Shown here: positions 56,423-64,000 of the stretch, one piece after another
Layout of the letters: every line of letters begins with the position of its first letter
Position numbering within the stretch: position 1 is the stretch's first letter
Assembly (NCBI GenBank): GCA_046483505.1
Contig: JAWODB010000123.1
Span: 8,371 to 72,370 of the forward strand
DNA length: 64,000 bases
Direction: 5' to 3'
Origin: Phycisphaerae bacterium
GTDB taxonomy: Bacteria > Planctomycetota > Phycisphaerae > FEN-1346
Notes under the pieces: generated by a model
Databases searched by the model: none
Told to the model about the DNA's origin: nothing
Seen by the model: only the letters and a program-made list of their open reading frames with translations
Translations under genes and position numbers: made by a program

Positions 56423-57507
56423 GGCACGCCTCCTTCCACACGCGTTTCGATCGTGCCTTCCCGTATCACTCCCGGCCGCGGCGGCTTCTGCCGCCGTGCG
56501 ACCCAGAGCAGCAGTTCGGCCAAAACGGCCCGTCCGACGGGATCTTCCCTCGGCCGGCCGAGGCGCGGCACCGCCGCCGCCACGACCGCCCCGTCGCCCA
56601 GGACGCGGGCCGCGACAAGCAGGCACCCCGGGCGTGCGGGACCCGCGGGCGCGGCCTCCGCCGCCGGCGCCGTCCACGCCAACCGTATCACGGGAACATC
56701 TGCACGCAAGCCAAACTCCCACGGACCGGACCCCAGATCGCCCGGCCTGAGCACCTGCCCGAAATCCCGGCCCAGCCGCACGGACTCCCCCAGCGGCGCG
56801 TCGAGGGCCACGGCGCGCAGCCCCCACCGTCGCCACGCCGGCGGCGGATTCAGCACCAGGACGGTCAGCCCGTCGCGGACCTGCGCCTCGAGACGGGTCC
56901 AGTCGCCCCGCGCCAGCGTGGCCCCGTCGCCCAGGGCCAGGACGACCAGGTCCCCGTCGAAGGCCATCCGCTGGATGGCCGTCTCGAACGGCCCCGCCGC
57001 AAGCCCTTCGGCCGTCAGCGCCGCCTGTACCCGGCCGGAGGGATCGAAGGCTGCCGGACTCAAGGCCGCCACGCGCCGCCGCGCCGGCGCCAGCAGCGAC
57101 GCCGGCCAGACGTGGAGCGGCGCGACCGTCCACCGGCCGCCGGCGCGGCACACGAGTCGGCACGGCGTGCGATGACGGACCGCCGGCAGACCCAGCCGCA
57201 CGCGCGCCGTCGCGTCCGGGCCGGGACGCACCGTCCCGCGGGCCAGCACCAGCCGCTCGTGGACGAGCCACCATGGGACCGGTTCTCCTCCCGCCCCAAC
57301 CCGGACCTTCACGTCGCTTCCGCCGAAGACGTGGACCGGCGGCCGGGCCGGCGCCGGTCGGTCGGCGGCCGCGACCCGGACGGCCGGACCGCGGGTCCGT
57401 CTCGTGTGGGGCGGCCCCACCGCGGTCGTCTCGGCCCGTACCAGGGTCGCGGCCACGCCGACCAGCATCCAGGCCGCCGTGCGGCCTGCGCTCCGTCGCA
57501 TCCGCAT
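56419..57507 (-). CDS. Secreted hypothetical protein
   Basis: 362 aa starting MRMRRSAGRTAAWMLVGVAATLVRAETTAV (signal-like). Ala/Arg/Pro-rich but a consistent frame. Translationally coupled to the downstream gene (ATGA at 56419-56422). Confidence 0.45.
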   Translation of the reverse strand: MRMRRSAGRTAAWMLVGVAATLVRAETTAVGPPHTRRTRGPAVRVAAADRPAPARPPVHVFGGSDVKVRVGAGGEPVPWWLVHERLVLARGTVRPGPDATARVRLGLPAVRHRTPCRLVCRAGGRWTVAPLHVWPASLLAPARRRVAALSPAAFDPSGRVQAALTAEGLAAGPFETAIQRMAFDGDLVVLALGDGATLARGDWTRLEAQVRDGLTVLVLNPPPAWRRWGLRAVALDAPLGESVRLGRDFGQVLRPGDLGSGPWEFGLRADVPVIRLAWTAPAAEAAPAGPARPGCLLVAARVLGDGAVVAAAVPRLGRPREDPVGRAVLAELLLWVARRQKPPRPGVIREGTIETRVEGGVP

Positions 57508-57543
57508 CGCCCGTTCCCCCCGCGGCGGGCGCGGGCGGAGGCG

Positions 57544-58464
57544 TCATCCCAGCACCCCTCCCAGCGGAAGGGCCTGACACACCACCTGCACCCGGCATCC
57601 ATTGATCCGAAACTGTCCCACCTCGACGGGCCCCTGCCCGACGGCCACGCGGCCCTGCACGCCGGCGGCCCCGGCCTCCTCGCCGCCCACCGTGACGTGG
57701 ACGACGGCTTCGCCGCCGCGGGTGGCGATTTCGCACGCCACCGGCCGATGGTGGAGGCTGGCTACACGGTCCAGCGCCAGGGGGCTCTGGATGCCGGCCG
57801 GGACGAGGACGTTGAACGTGCCGTGCACCTCCCCGTCGCAGCCGACCAGCCGGCACCGCACGAGCAGCGGCGACGCCTCGGCCTCGCCGCCCGCCGTCGC
57901 CGACACGTAGCCGAACCGCCCGCCGCCGTTCCCGAGGAGAATCCACGGCACCTCTTGCGGTGGCGTCCCCGCCACTTGACGCCACAGTGTCCGGAACGAG
58001 GCCAGTTCCTCCTCCGTCAGGCTCGGCAGGGTGACCGCGCGCTCGAGGCGCGCGAGGCGCTGCTCGATCCGCTGCTGCGTCCGGACGGCCGTGGCGGCCA
58101 TCCACGCGCCGGCGGCGAGCATGACGACCGCCGCGGCCGCCAGGCCCCAGGCCATCCACGGCCGGCCCCGGTTCCTCCGGCCTGTTGCGGCACGCTCGTC
58201 GCCGCGCGGTGCGGCGGGCGCCGACGGGCGGGACACCTCCGCCACGACCTCGGCCATCGAGCGCGCCAGCGCCGCCTCGGCAGCCTCGTAGCCGAGGACG
58301 GTCCGGGCGCCGCGCTGAACCCGGAGCATCTCGGCCAGGAGGGCGCGCGCGGCCTGGTCGCGCGCCAGGCGCGCGAGCAGCGCCGCCCGCTCCCGCTCGT
58401 CCGTGTCGCCGCACACCAGGGCGTGCAGGCGCCGCTCCAAATCGAGGCGCTCGTCGGTTTCCAT
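57544..58464 (-). CDS. Anti-sigma factor (single transmembrane helix, periplasmic C-terminal domain)
   Basis: ATG 58464 overlaps the sigma-factor stop (TGATG). METDERLDLERRLHALVCGDTDERERAALLARLARDQ... is a typical ECF anti-sigma N-terminus. Transmembrane helix WMAWGLAAAAVVMLAAGAWMAATAV. Confidence 0.6.
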   Translation of the reverse strand: METDERLDLERRLHALVCGDTDERERAALLARLARDQAARALLAEMLRVQRGARTVLGYEAAEAALARSMAEVVAEVSRPSAPAAPRGDERAATGRRNRGRPWMAWGLAAAAVVMLAAGAWMAATAVRTQQRIEQRLARLERAVTLPSLTEEELASFRTLWRQVAGTPPQEVPWILLGNGGGRFGYVSATAGGEAEASPLLVRCRLVGCDGEVHGTFNVLVPAGIQSPLALDRVASLHHRPVACEIATRGGEAVVHVTVGGEEAGAAGVQGRVAVGQGPVEVGQFRINGCRVQVVCQALPLGGVLG

Positions 58465-59147
58465 CAGTCCGCCTCCGGAAAGTGCGCCCGCAGGGCACCG
58501 GCCACGATGCGGCGGGCCCGGCTGACGCGGCTGGCGACCGTGCCCACCGGCACCTCGAGCAACTCGGCCGCCTGTTCGTACGTGTACCCGTCCAGCACGG
58601 TGACGACGAAGGCGGCCCGCGTCGGCGCGTCCAGATCCTGAATGGCCGCGGCCACGGCCCGGGCCTCCTCGGACCGTTCGAGCCCCTCGTCCGGCCCGGG
58701 GCGGCTGTCGAGGAGAGCCCCGACCGTCCATGCGTCAAGTGGCTCGGCCCGGCGGACCGACCCGCGGCGGAACCAGTCGCGGACGCAGTTAACCAGGATC
58801 CGGTGGAGCCACGTGGTGGGGCGTGCCTGGCCGTCGAAACGGTCCCAGCGCCGCAGCGCCTGGCAGAACGTCTGCTGGGTCAGGTCGGCGGCCGTGTCGG
58901 CGTCGCACGTCAGGCGCAGCGCCGTCCGGAACAGGCGCGGGTACCATCGTTCGATCTCGGCCGGCGTCGCGGGATCCACGAAGGGTCCTGTCGCAGGGGT
59001 CCGGGTGTCCGATGCCGTCGCCGTCACTCTATCAAACGCACGAGGGGAAAAACATTTCTCGTCTTTTCGAGGGGGCGGCACACCGCGACCCGTTCGGCAC
59101 CCCACGTTTTCGGCGAAGTCTCTCTCGGCTCGTGCGTTTGGTACCAT
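58464..59147 (-). CDS. ECF (sigma-70 family, group 4) sigma factor
   Basis: Region 2 (IERWYPRLFRTALRLTCDADTAADLTQQTFCQALRRWDRF) and region 4 HTH (AAFVVTVLDGYTYEQAAELLEVPVGTVASRVSRAR). The start may lie downstream of the ATG at 59147. Confidence 0.75.
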   Translation of the reverse strand: MVPNARAERDFAENVGCRTGRGVPPPRKDEKCFSPRAFDRVTATASDTRTPATGPFVDPATPAEIERWYPRLFRTALRLTCDADTAADLTQQTFCQALRRWDRFDGQARPTTWLHRILVNCVRDWFRRGSVRRAEPLDAWTVGALLDSRPGPDEGLERSEEARAVAAAIQDLDAPTRAAFVVTVLDGYTYEQAAELLEVPVGTVASRVSRARRIVAGALRAHFPEAD

Positions 59148-59325
59148 GGCGACCGTTTCGAATCCGTCAGCCCGGTCACATCCGCCACATGACAGAGGCG
59201 GCGTTCCGAGGGCGTATCGCGCTTGCGTTTGTGACGGACGCGCGCTATTGTGTATCTGTATCCGCTCTGAAGATGGACAGGCCGGAGCTCAGCACGGGAA
59301 GAGATACAGACCGAGCGGAGGGCGA

Positions 59326-60504
59326 ATGATGAGCCGGAAACCGCCGATTGCCCTCGTGAGGCCGGTGCTGATCGTCGCCCTCGGCATGAGCCTGCACCTT
59401 TGGCAGGAGCCGCTGCATGCCGGGGGTCAGACGCAGCCGCCGCCTGCACCGTCGCAGCCGACCGCGGGGCGCCCTCCAGCCCCGGGTGACGCGGTCGACT
59501 ACAGCAAGCCCATCCCCTGCGTGCGAACGATGCTGGGGCACGACGACACGGTGTATCGCGTCGCTTTCTCGCCCAACGGGATGCAGGCGGCAAGCACCGG
59601 GCGGGATAATACGATCCGTCTCTGGGATCTGGAGACGGGCCGGGAACTGCGATGCATCGGCACCTACGGCGCTGCCGTGGGGGCCCTTCTGTTTGCGGGC
59701 GACGGGAAGCGCGTGATCACGGGCGCAACGGATTCCACCATCCGCATGTGGGACATGGACACCGGCCGGGAGATGTGGCGGATCGACGGGCCGCCCATGC
59801 AGCACGCCCACTGCCTGGCGTTTCTGACGGACGCCGTTCTGGCCAGTGGCTGGTGCGATGGCGTGATCCGCCTGTTCAGCCTGTCGTCGCGCCGGGAAGT
59901 CGCGCGGCTGGAGAAACACGGGCCCACCTGCATTGAGACGATGACGGCTTCACCGGACCGCGCGATGCTGGCCACGGCGGGGCGGGACCGGAAAGTCTGC
60001 CTCTGGGATTCGGCGTCGCGCAGGTGGCTGGCCGACACCGGCGATCTGTACGCCAAGCCCGCGATGGTCGGGTTTCTGGACAGCGAGCGCCTCTTGCTCA
60101 TGACGGATGATCACACGATCTCCGTCTGGGAGTGGAAGGTCGGCCGCGTCACGCGGTGGGCCCAGGAGCCGATGCTCTCGGGGTTGGCCCTGGCGCCGCG
60201 AGGACGACAGTTCGTCGCGTACAGCCTCAACGACCTCGAGCAGTGGGACGCGTCGGCCGGAAAGTGTATGCGGACGGCCCGTGCCGGCCCTGGCCAACTC
60301 CATTGTGCCGAGATATCGCCCGACGGCCGCTACCTCCTTACCGCGGAGGGTGGGCGACGGTTCCTACAAGGGGGGAGGACGTTCAGGACATTTGACTTCA
60401 CGTCCACCGACGCGAACTTCGTGCGTCTGTGGGACTTGCAGGCACCGAAGGTGCCGCAAACGCCTTACAGGTACCTGCCGACACAGGCACCGGATCTGCC
60501 ATGA
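59326..60504 (+). CDS. Secreted WD40-repeat beta-propeller protein
   Basis: MMSRKPPIALVRPVLIVALGMSLHLW signal. WD40 repeats TMLGHDDTVYRVAFSPNGMQAASTGRDNTIRLWDLETGRELRCI... and ...TIRMWDMDTGREMWRI. Divergent from the ECF operon. Confidence 0.75.
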   Translation: MMSRKPPIALVRPVLIVALGMSLHLWQEPLHAGGQTQPPPAPSQPTAGRPPAPGDAVDYSKPIPCVRTMLGHDDTVYRVAFSPNGMQAASTGRDNTIRLWDLETGRELRCIGTYGAAVGALLFAGDGKRVITGATDSTIRMWDMDTGREMWRIDGPPMQHAHCLAFLTDAVLASGWCDGVIRLFSLSSRREVARLEKHGPTCIETMTASPDRAMLATAGRDRKVCLWDSASRRWLADTGDLYAKPAMVGFLDSERLLLMTDDHTISVWEWKVGRVTRWAQEPMLSGLALAPRGRQFVAYSLNDLEQWDASAGKCMRTARAGPGQLHCAEISPDGRYLLTAEGGRRFLQGGRTFRTFDFTSTDANFVRLWDLQAPKVPQTPYRYLPTQAPDLP

Positions 60505-63269
60505 CACGACACGTCCTCGTTGGGCTGGCCCTTCTTACCTGCGGCGCCACAGCGATGGCGGGCGCCGGGCCCCGGCCCACGTGCGGCCTCGTCCCCGACC
60601 GCGGCCTGGACTTGCACACGTCGCCGCTGGTGGCACTGTTGGAACTGCACCTGGCTCAATCGAAGCAGGTGGTGCTGGTGGAGCGGTCCCAGGTCGATCA
60701 GGTGATTGAGGAGCAGAAACTCCAGTTCATGTTTGCCCCCGAGGCCGTCCGCGAGCGCGCCGCCCTGGGTCAGTTGCTGAAGGCCGACTTGCTCGTGCTG
60801 ATGCGGGCCAACGATAAGCCTCAGCCGCACGTCCACGTCGTCATTTGCGAAACCCGGCAGGGTCTGCGGCTGTGCGCGCGGCCTGTGTCCCTGACGGACG
60901 ACCCCGAGGCCGACTGTGCCGCCGTGGCAGCCCTGGTGGACCAAGCCGTGGCGCTTCATACCAAGGGGATCAAGGACGTCGTGGCGGTGCCCCCCTTTGT
61001 GGACTGCAGCCTCACCTATCAGGCCGAGCACCTGAAGGCCGCTTACGCGAAACTGGTGGAGGACCTGGCGGTGTTACGGCCGGGTGTGCTGGCCGTCGAG
61101 TTGGCTGAGGCCAATGCCATTTCCCGGGAGATTGCGCTGAGCGCATCGGCGGACGTGCAGCGCCCGCTCCCCCTGTACGTGCTGGGCGAGTACCGGCAGG
61201 AGGGTGTCGCCGGGCAGGCCCGGCAGACGGTCAGCCTGAGGCTAATGCGCGGCCGAAAGCAACTGCACACGGCGAAGCGGGAGAACCTGTCGCCCCGGGA
61301 AGCGCCTCTCTTCATCCGTCAGGCCGCGACCGCCATGCTCGAGAAGTCGCTCGGCAAGGCGCCGCCGCCGGACCCGAAGACCGAGACGCGGCAACTGGTC
61401 GACCGCGGCACCGCCTTCCTTCGCATGGGCGACTGGTCCGAGGCCGCCGCCCTCCTGCAGGCCGCCATCCTCCTCGATGAGCGCCACCCCGAGTGGCATC
61501 GTCAGGCGGCCTTCGCCTTGCAGCGGATGGCACGCGACCTGCAGGCGCGCGACCGGTCCATCTTCACGAAGAACACGGAGCGGGCCATCGCGTGTTTCCG
61601 GGCGTCGCTCCGTCCCATCGAGACCTTCTTCCGGAACTCGGTGCTCACGCGCCAGCCGCACGAAATGACCGCCGAGGGCGGGCAGATCCAGGTACGGTGG
61701 GTGTGGGGAAACTGGCAGCGCCGACTGATCGCCGAAATGGGGGAACGCGCGCTCCGCGCCGCCGACCAACTGGATCGGGAATGCCTCGAGATGATGACCC
61801 GGGTCCTCCGGAGCAAAGCCGCCCGACAGGTCCAGGACACGACCCCCTTGTTTGCCGAGAGGATCTGTTTCCGGCCGCTGAACTACGGCATGCCCCTCGC
61901 CGAACGGGTCGAGGAATTGCAGAGACGCCTGGCGTTCCTCCGGCAGTTCGCGTACCTGGAAGACGCTGCGGTCTGTAAGCGGCTCGTCGACTACGTCGCA
62001 AGGTGGGGCGATCTGGCTCCGGACGACCCGGACTTCACGGCGTTCCTTGAGAAGGCCGAGACGATCAACAATGCCGCGATGCGCCAGGCCGTGCTCCACC
62101 ATCGCGAGGCCGCGGAGAAACAGGCGGCCTTGGACCAGGCCCGTTGCGCGACCCTGGCCGCGACGGCACCTGAGCGGCAGCGCGGCCGCCGGACGCGATC
62201 CTCCGTCCGGCTGGTCACCTTGGACGTGCGGTTGCACAACTCGCGGGGCGGCGATATCCCTGTACGATTCCCGATCTCCTACTGGCTCGCCATGCTCGAC
62301 GGCACGGATCTGATCTGCGGCGAGGCCCAGGTGTACGTCATGCGAGAGGCCGGACGCCTCGTTCCGCTGGGCCTGGTGCAGACGAAGGAACAAGTGTCCC
62401 CCGTCGTCGACGGGCGTCTGGCGTGGGTGGTATCCGGCTTTCCGCAGCCGGGGCTCTCTGCTCTGGATGCCAGCAGCGGCCATCTGGTCGGGCGGTTCAC
62501 GGAGGCGGATGGGCTGCCCGCCTGTCGGCGCGCCCACGTCGCACCGCTGGAGCCCGGGAAGGTCGTGGTGGCCGGCTACTTCGGCCGGTCCTTCTGCGGC
62601 ATCGCCGCCGTCGATCCTCGGGACGGCACGAAGTCCTTCAAGATCCTCTACGAGGCCCGCGACGCCTACGATGACATGAGCCTCGAGCATCAGAAGAGTC
62701 CGACCGTGGCCACCGAGATCGACTTCCTCCGCGTGTTGACCCGGTCTCCGTCTCCCGGGGCCACACCTGTGCGCAGGGCCGTCATCGGACGGTCCGCCGG
62801 GGCCCACCCCCTGCTGCTCGACCTGGATACGGCGTCGGTCCAGGTGCTGCCGTATCGCATGCTGGAACGCGACATTCTGGCCGTCCGCGACGGCGCGATC
62901 TACTGGACGAGCATCGGGCAAGAGGGCCTGTGCCTCCGTCGGGCCGCGCTGCCCGACATGCGGGAGGAGGTTCTGGCCAAGCGGCTGCCGGCCTCCGACG
63001 ACGGGGCCTTGCAGGACTGGCAGTCCCACGTCCCTGAGTGGCGAACCCAGCCTGACGGCGAGGAGGACGCCCGTCCCCCGGACGTGAGCGCAGCGTTCCT
63101 CAATGAGCACCACGGCGTTGGCGTGTTCCGGAGCGCCCGATACGGATGGGTGATGCCCACGCACGAGGGCCGGGTGTTTCGGGTGGTGCCGGAGGCTCCG
63201 GCCGCGGTTTCGGGGTTTGAGGCCGGGGCCGAGGACGGACCGCCGCGAACGGTCGGAGGTGCGCCATGA
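60501..63269 (+). CDS. Large (922-aa) secreted hypothetical protein with a CsgG/LpoB-like N-terminal module
   Basis: ATG overlaps the WD40 stop (ATGA). MTRHVLVGLALLTCGATAMAGAG signal. SPLVALLELHLAQSKQVVLVERSQVDQVIEEQKLQFM matches the CsgG/LpoB-type motif. Confidence 0.6.
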   Translation: MTRHVLVGLALLTCGATAMAGAGPRPTCGLVPDRGLDLHTSPLVALLELHLAQSKQVVLVERSQVDQVIEEQKLQFMFAPEAVRERAALGQLLKADLLVLMRANDKPQPHVHVVICETRQGLRLCARPVSLTDDPEADCAAVAALVDQAVALHTKGIKDVVAVPPFVDCSLTYQAEHLKAAYAKLVEDLAVLRPGVLAVELAEANAISREIALSASADVQRPLPLYVLGEYRQEGVAGQARQTVSLRLMRGRKQLHTAKRENLSPREAPLFIRQAATAMLEKSLGKAPPPDPKTETRQLVDRGTAFLRMGDWSEAAALLQAAILLDERHPEWHRQAAFALQRMARDLQARDRSIFTKNTERAIACFRASLRPIETFFRNSVLTRQPHEMTAEGGQIQVRWVWGNWQRRLIAEMGERALRAADQLDRECLEMMTRVLRSKAARQVQDTTPLFAERICFRPLNYGMPLAERVEELQRRLAFLRQFAYLEDAAVCKRLVDYVARWGDLAPDDPDFTAFLEKAETINNAAMRQAVLHHREAAEKQAALDQARCATLAATAPERQRGRRTRSSVRLVTLDVRLHNSRGGDIPVRFPISYWLAMLDGTDLICGEAQVYVMREAGRLVPLGLVQTKEQVSPVVDGRLAWVVSGFPQPGLSALDASSGHLVGRFTEADGLPACRRAHVAPLEPGKVVVAGYFGRSFCGIAAVDPRDGTKSFKILYEARDAYDDMSLEHQKSPTVATEIDFLRVLTRSPSPGATPVRRAVIGRSAGAHPLLLDLDTASVQVLPYRMLERDILAVRDGAIYWTSIGQEGLCLRRAALPDMREEVLAKRLPASDDGALQDWQSHVPEWRTQPDGEEDARPPDVSAAFLNEHHGVGVFRSARYGWVMPTHEGRVFRVVPEAPAAVSGFEAGAEDGPPRTVGGAP

Positions 63270-64000
63270 ACGCCCGCGGCCCAACACATTGGATGGCGGT
63301 CGTTCTTTTCGCCGCGCTTGCCGGCGGGACCGTCCTGGCGGCCGCCTCACCTTCGGAAAACAACCCGGAGGAACTCAACGAAGCCGGTCTGGCCGCCATT
63401 CGCCCCGGCCGCCTCGACGAGGCGGAGAAGATGTTCCTCCTGGCAATCGGCGCGGCCGAGGCGCAGAACCCGACAGGCCCGGACCTGCTGAGGTACCGGA
63501 CGAATCTGGGCGCGCTCTACTCCGTGCAGGGAAACAACCAGAAAGCCGAGCAGGCCCTCGAAAAGGCCATGGCGCTGCACGAGAAGCATCTCGCGCCGGG
63601 GCATCCCAACGTCCTCAACTGCCTGAGGAATCTGGGGAGAGTTTACCGCGCGCGGCGCCGGTTCGATGCGGCGGAGACGACGCTCAAACGTGTCCTGGCG
63701 GGCTGGGAGAAAGCCGGTGGCCCGGAGTATCCCGAGGTGGCCATCAGCCTGAGCGACCTCGGTACGCTTTATCGCTCCCTTGAGAAGTGCGACCAGGCAG
63801 CGTTGTGCCATCGGCGGGCCTTGGCCATCCGGGAGAAGGCACAGGCGCCCGAGGACGCGGGCACGGCGGGTGACCTGTACGGCTTGGCCGACTGCTACCT
63901 CAATCAGGACAAGAAGGCCGAGGCAGAACCGCTGTGCAGAAGGGCCCTGGCCATCATAGAGAAGGTGCGCGGGCGGGAACACATGGAGACGGCTTCGGTC
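63266..64000 (+). CDS. Secreted TPR-repeat protein (kinesin-light-chain-type TPR_12), 3'-truncated by window end
   Basis: ATG overlaps the upstream stop (ATGA). Signal peptide MNARGPTHWMAVVLFAALAGGTVLAAAS. Repeated EQALEKAMALHEKHLAPGHPNVLNCLRNLGRVY and AETTLKRVLAGWEKAGGPEYPEVAISLSDLGTLY units. Confidence 0.7.
   Translation, partial: MNARGPTHWMAVVLFAALAGGTVLAAASPSENNPEELNEAGLAAIRPGRLDEAEKMFLLAIGAAEAQNPTGPDLLRYRTNLGALYSVQGNNQKAEQALEKAMALHEKHLAPGHPNVLNCLRNLGRVYRARRRFDAAETTLKRVLAGWEKAGGPEYPEVAISLSDLGTLYRSLEKCDQAALCHRRALAIREKAQAPEDAGTAGDLYGLADCYLNQDKKAEAEPLCRRALAIIEKVRGREHMETASV

Noticed and set aside
1-64000. Search for integrase, transposase, phage or toxin-antitoxin genes that could explain the 45-49 kb island.
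   Set aside because: No ORF with recognisable tyrosine or serine recombinase, DDE transposase or phage hallmark motifs was found in any frame. The island's mobility mechanism, if any, is not encoded in this window.

Overview
High-GC (~68-70%) chromosomal segment, probably from a Planctomycetes-like bacterium judging by the domain repertoire and lipoprotein or TAT signal peptides. About 45 genes are supportable. They include housekeeping genes (metG, rho, a DAHP synthase, a tRNA-Lys/Glu/Glu cluster), envelope and carbohydrate genes (GH28-like, sulfatase, two Gfo/Idh/MocA oxidoreductases, DUF1080, an SSF symporter, an AI-2E transporter), and a two-component cluster. Three regions stand out. (1) At 44.8-49.0 kb a lower-GC island carries four co-oriented, unrelated small ORFs separated by a ~117-bp structured repeat, which looks like an integron-style cassette array without an integrase; it appears to have truncated a WD40 gene. 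(2) At 49-64 kb two divergent operons of secreted proteins are headed by an ECF sigma/anti-sigma pair, with a recurring CsgG/LpoB-like N-terminal module, TPR and WD40 proteins, a 1479-aa protein and a ~165-bp DNA-level duplication of gene 5' ends. (3) At the 5' end a B12-binding radical SAM enzyme and an HpnH-like radical SAM enzyme sit with a MarR regulator and an MttB-family methyltransferase. Other observations: two paralogous large proteins (discoidin domain, PD40 propeller, CxxCH motifs), a C-rich CAAGCC-repeat leader upstream of rho, and at least four families of dispersed REP-like palindromic intergenic elements. Many long ORFs in the supplied track are opposite-strand shadow ORFs, as expected at this GC content. 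No rRNA, CRISPR array, transposase or integrase was recognised.
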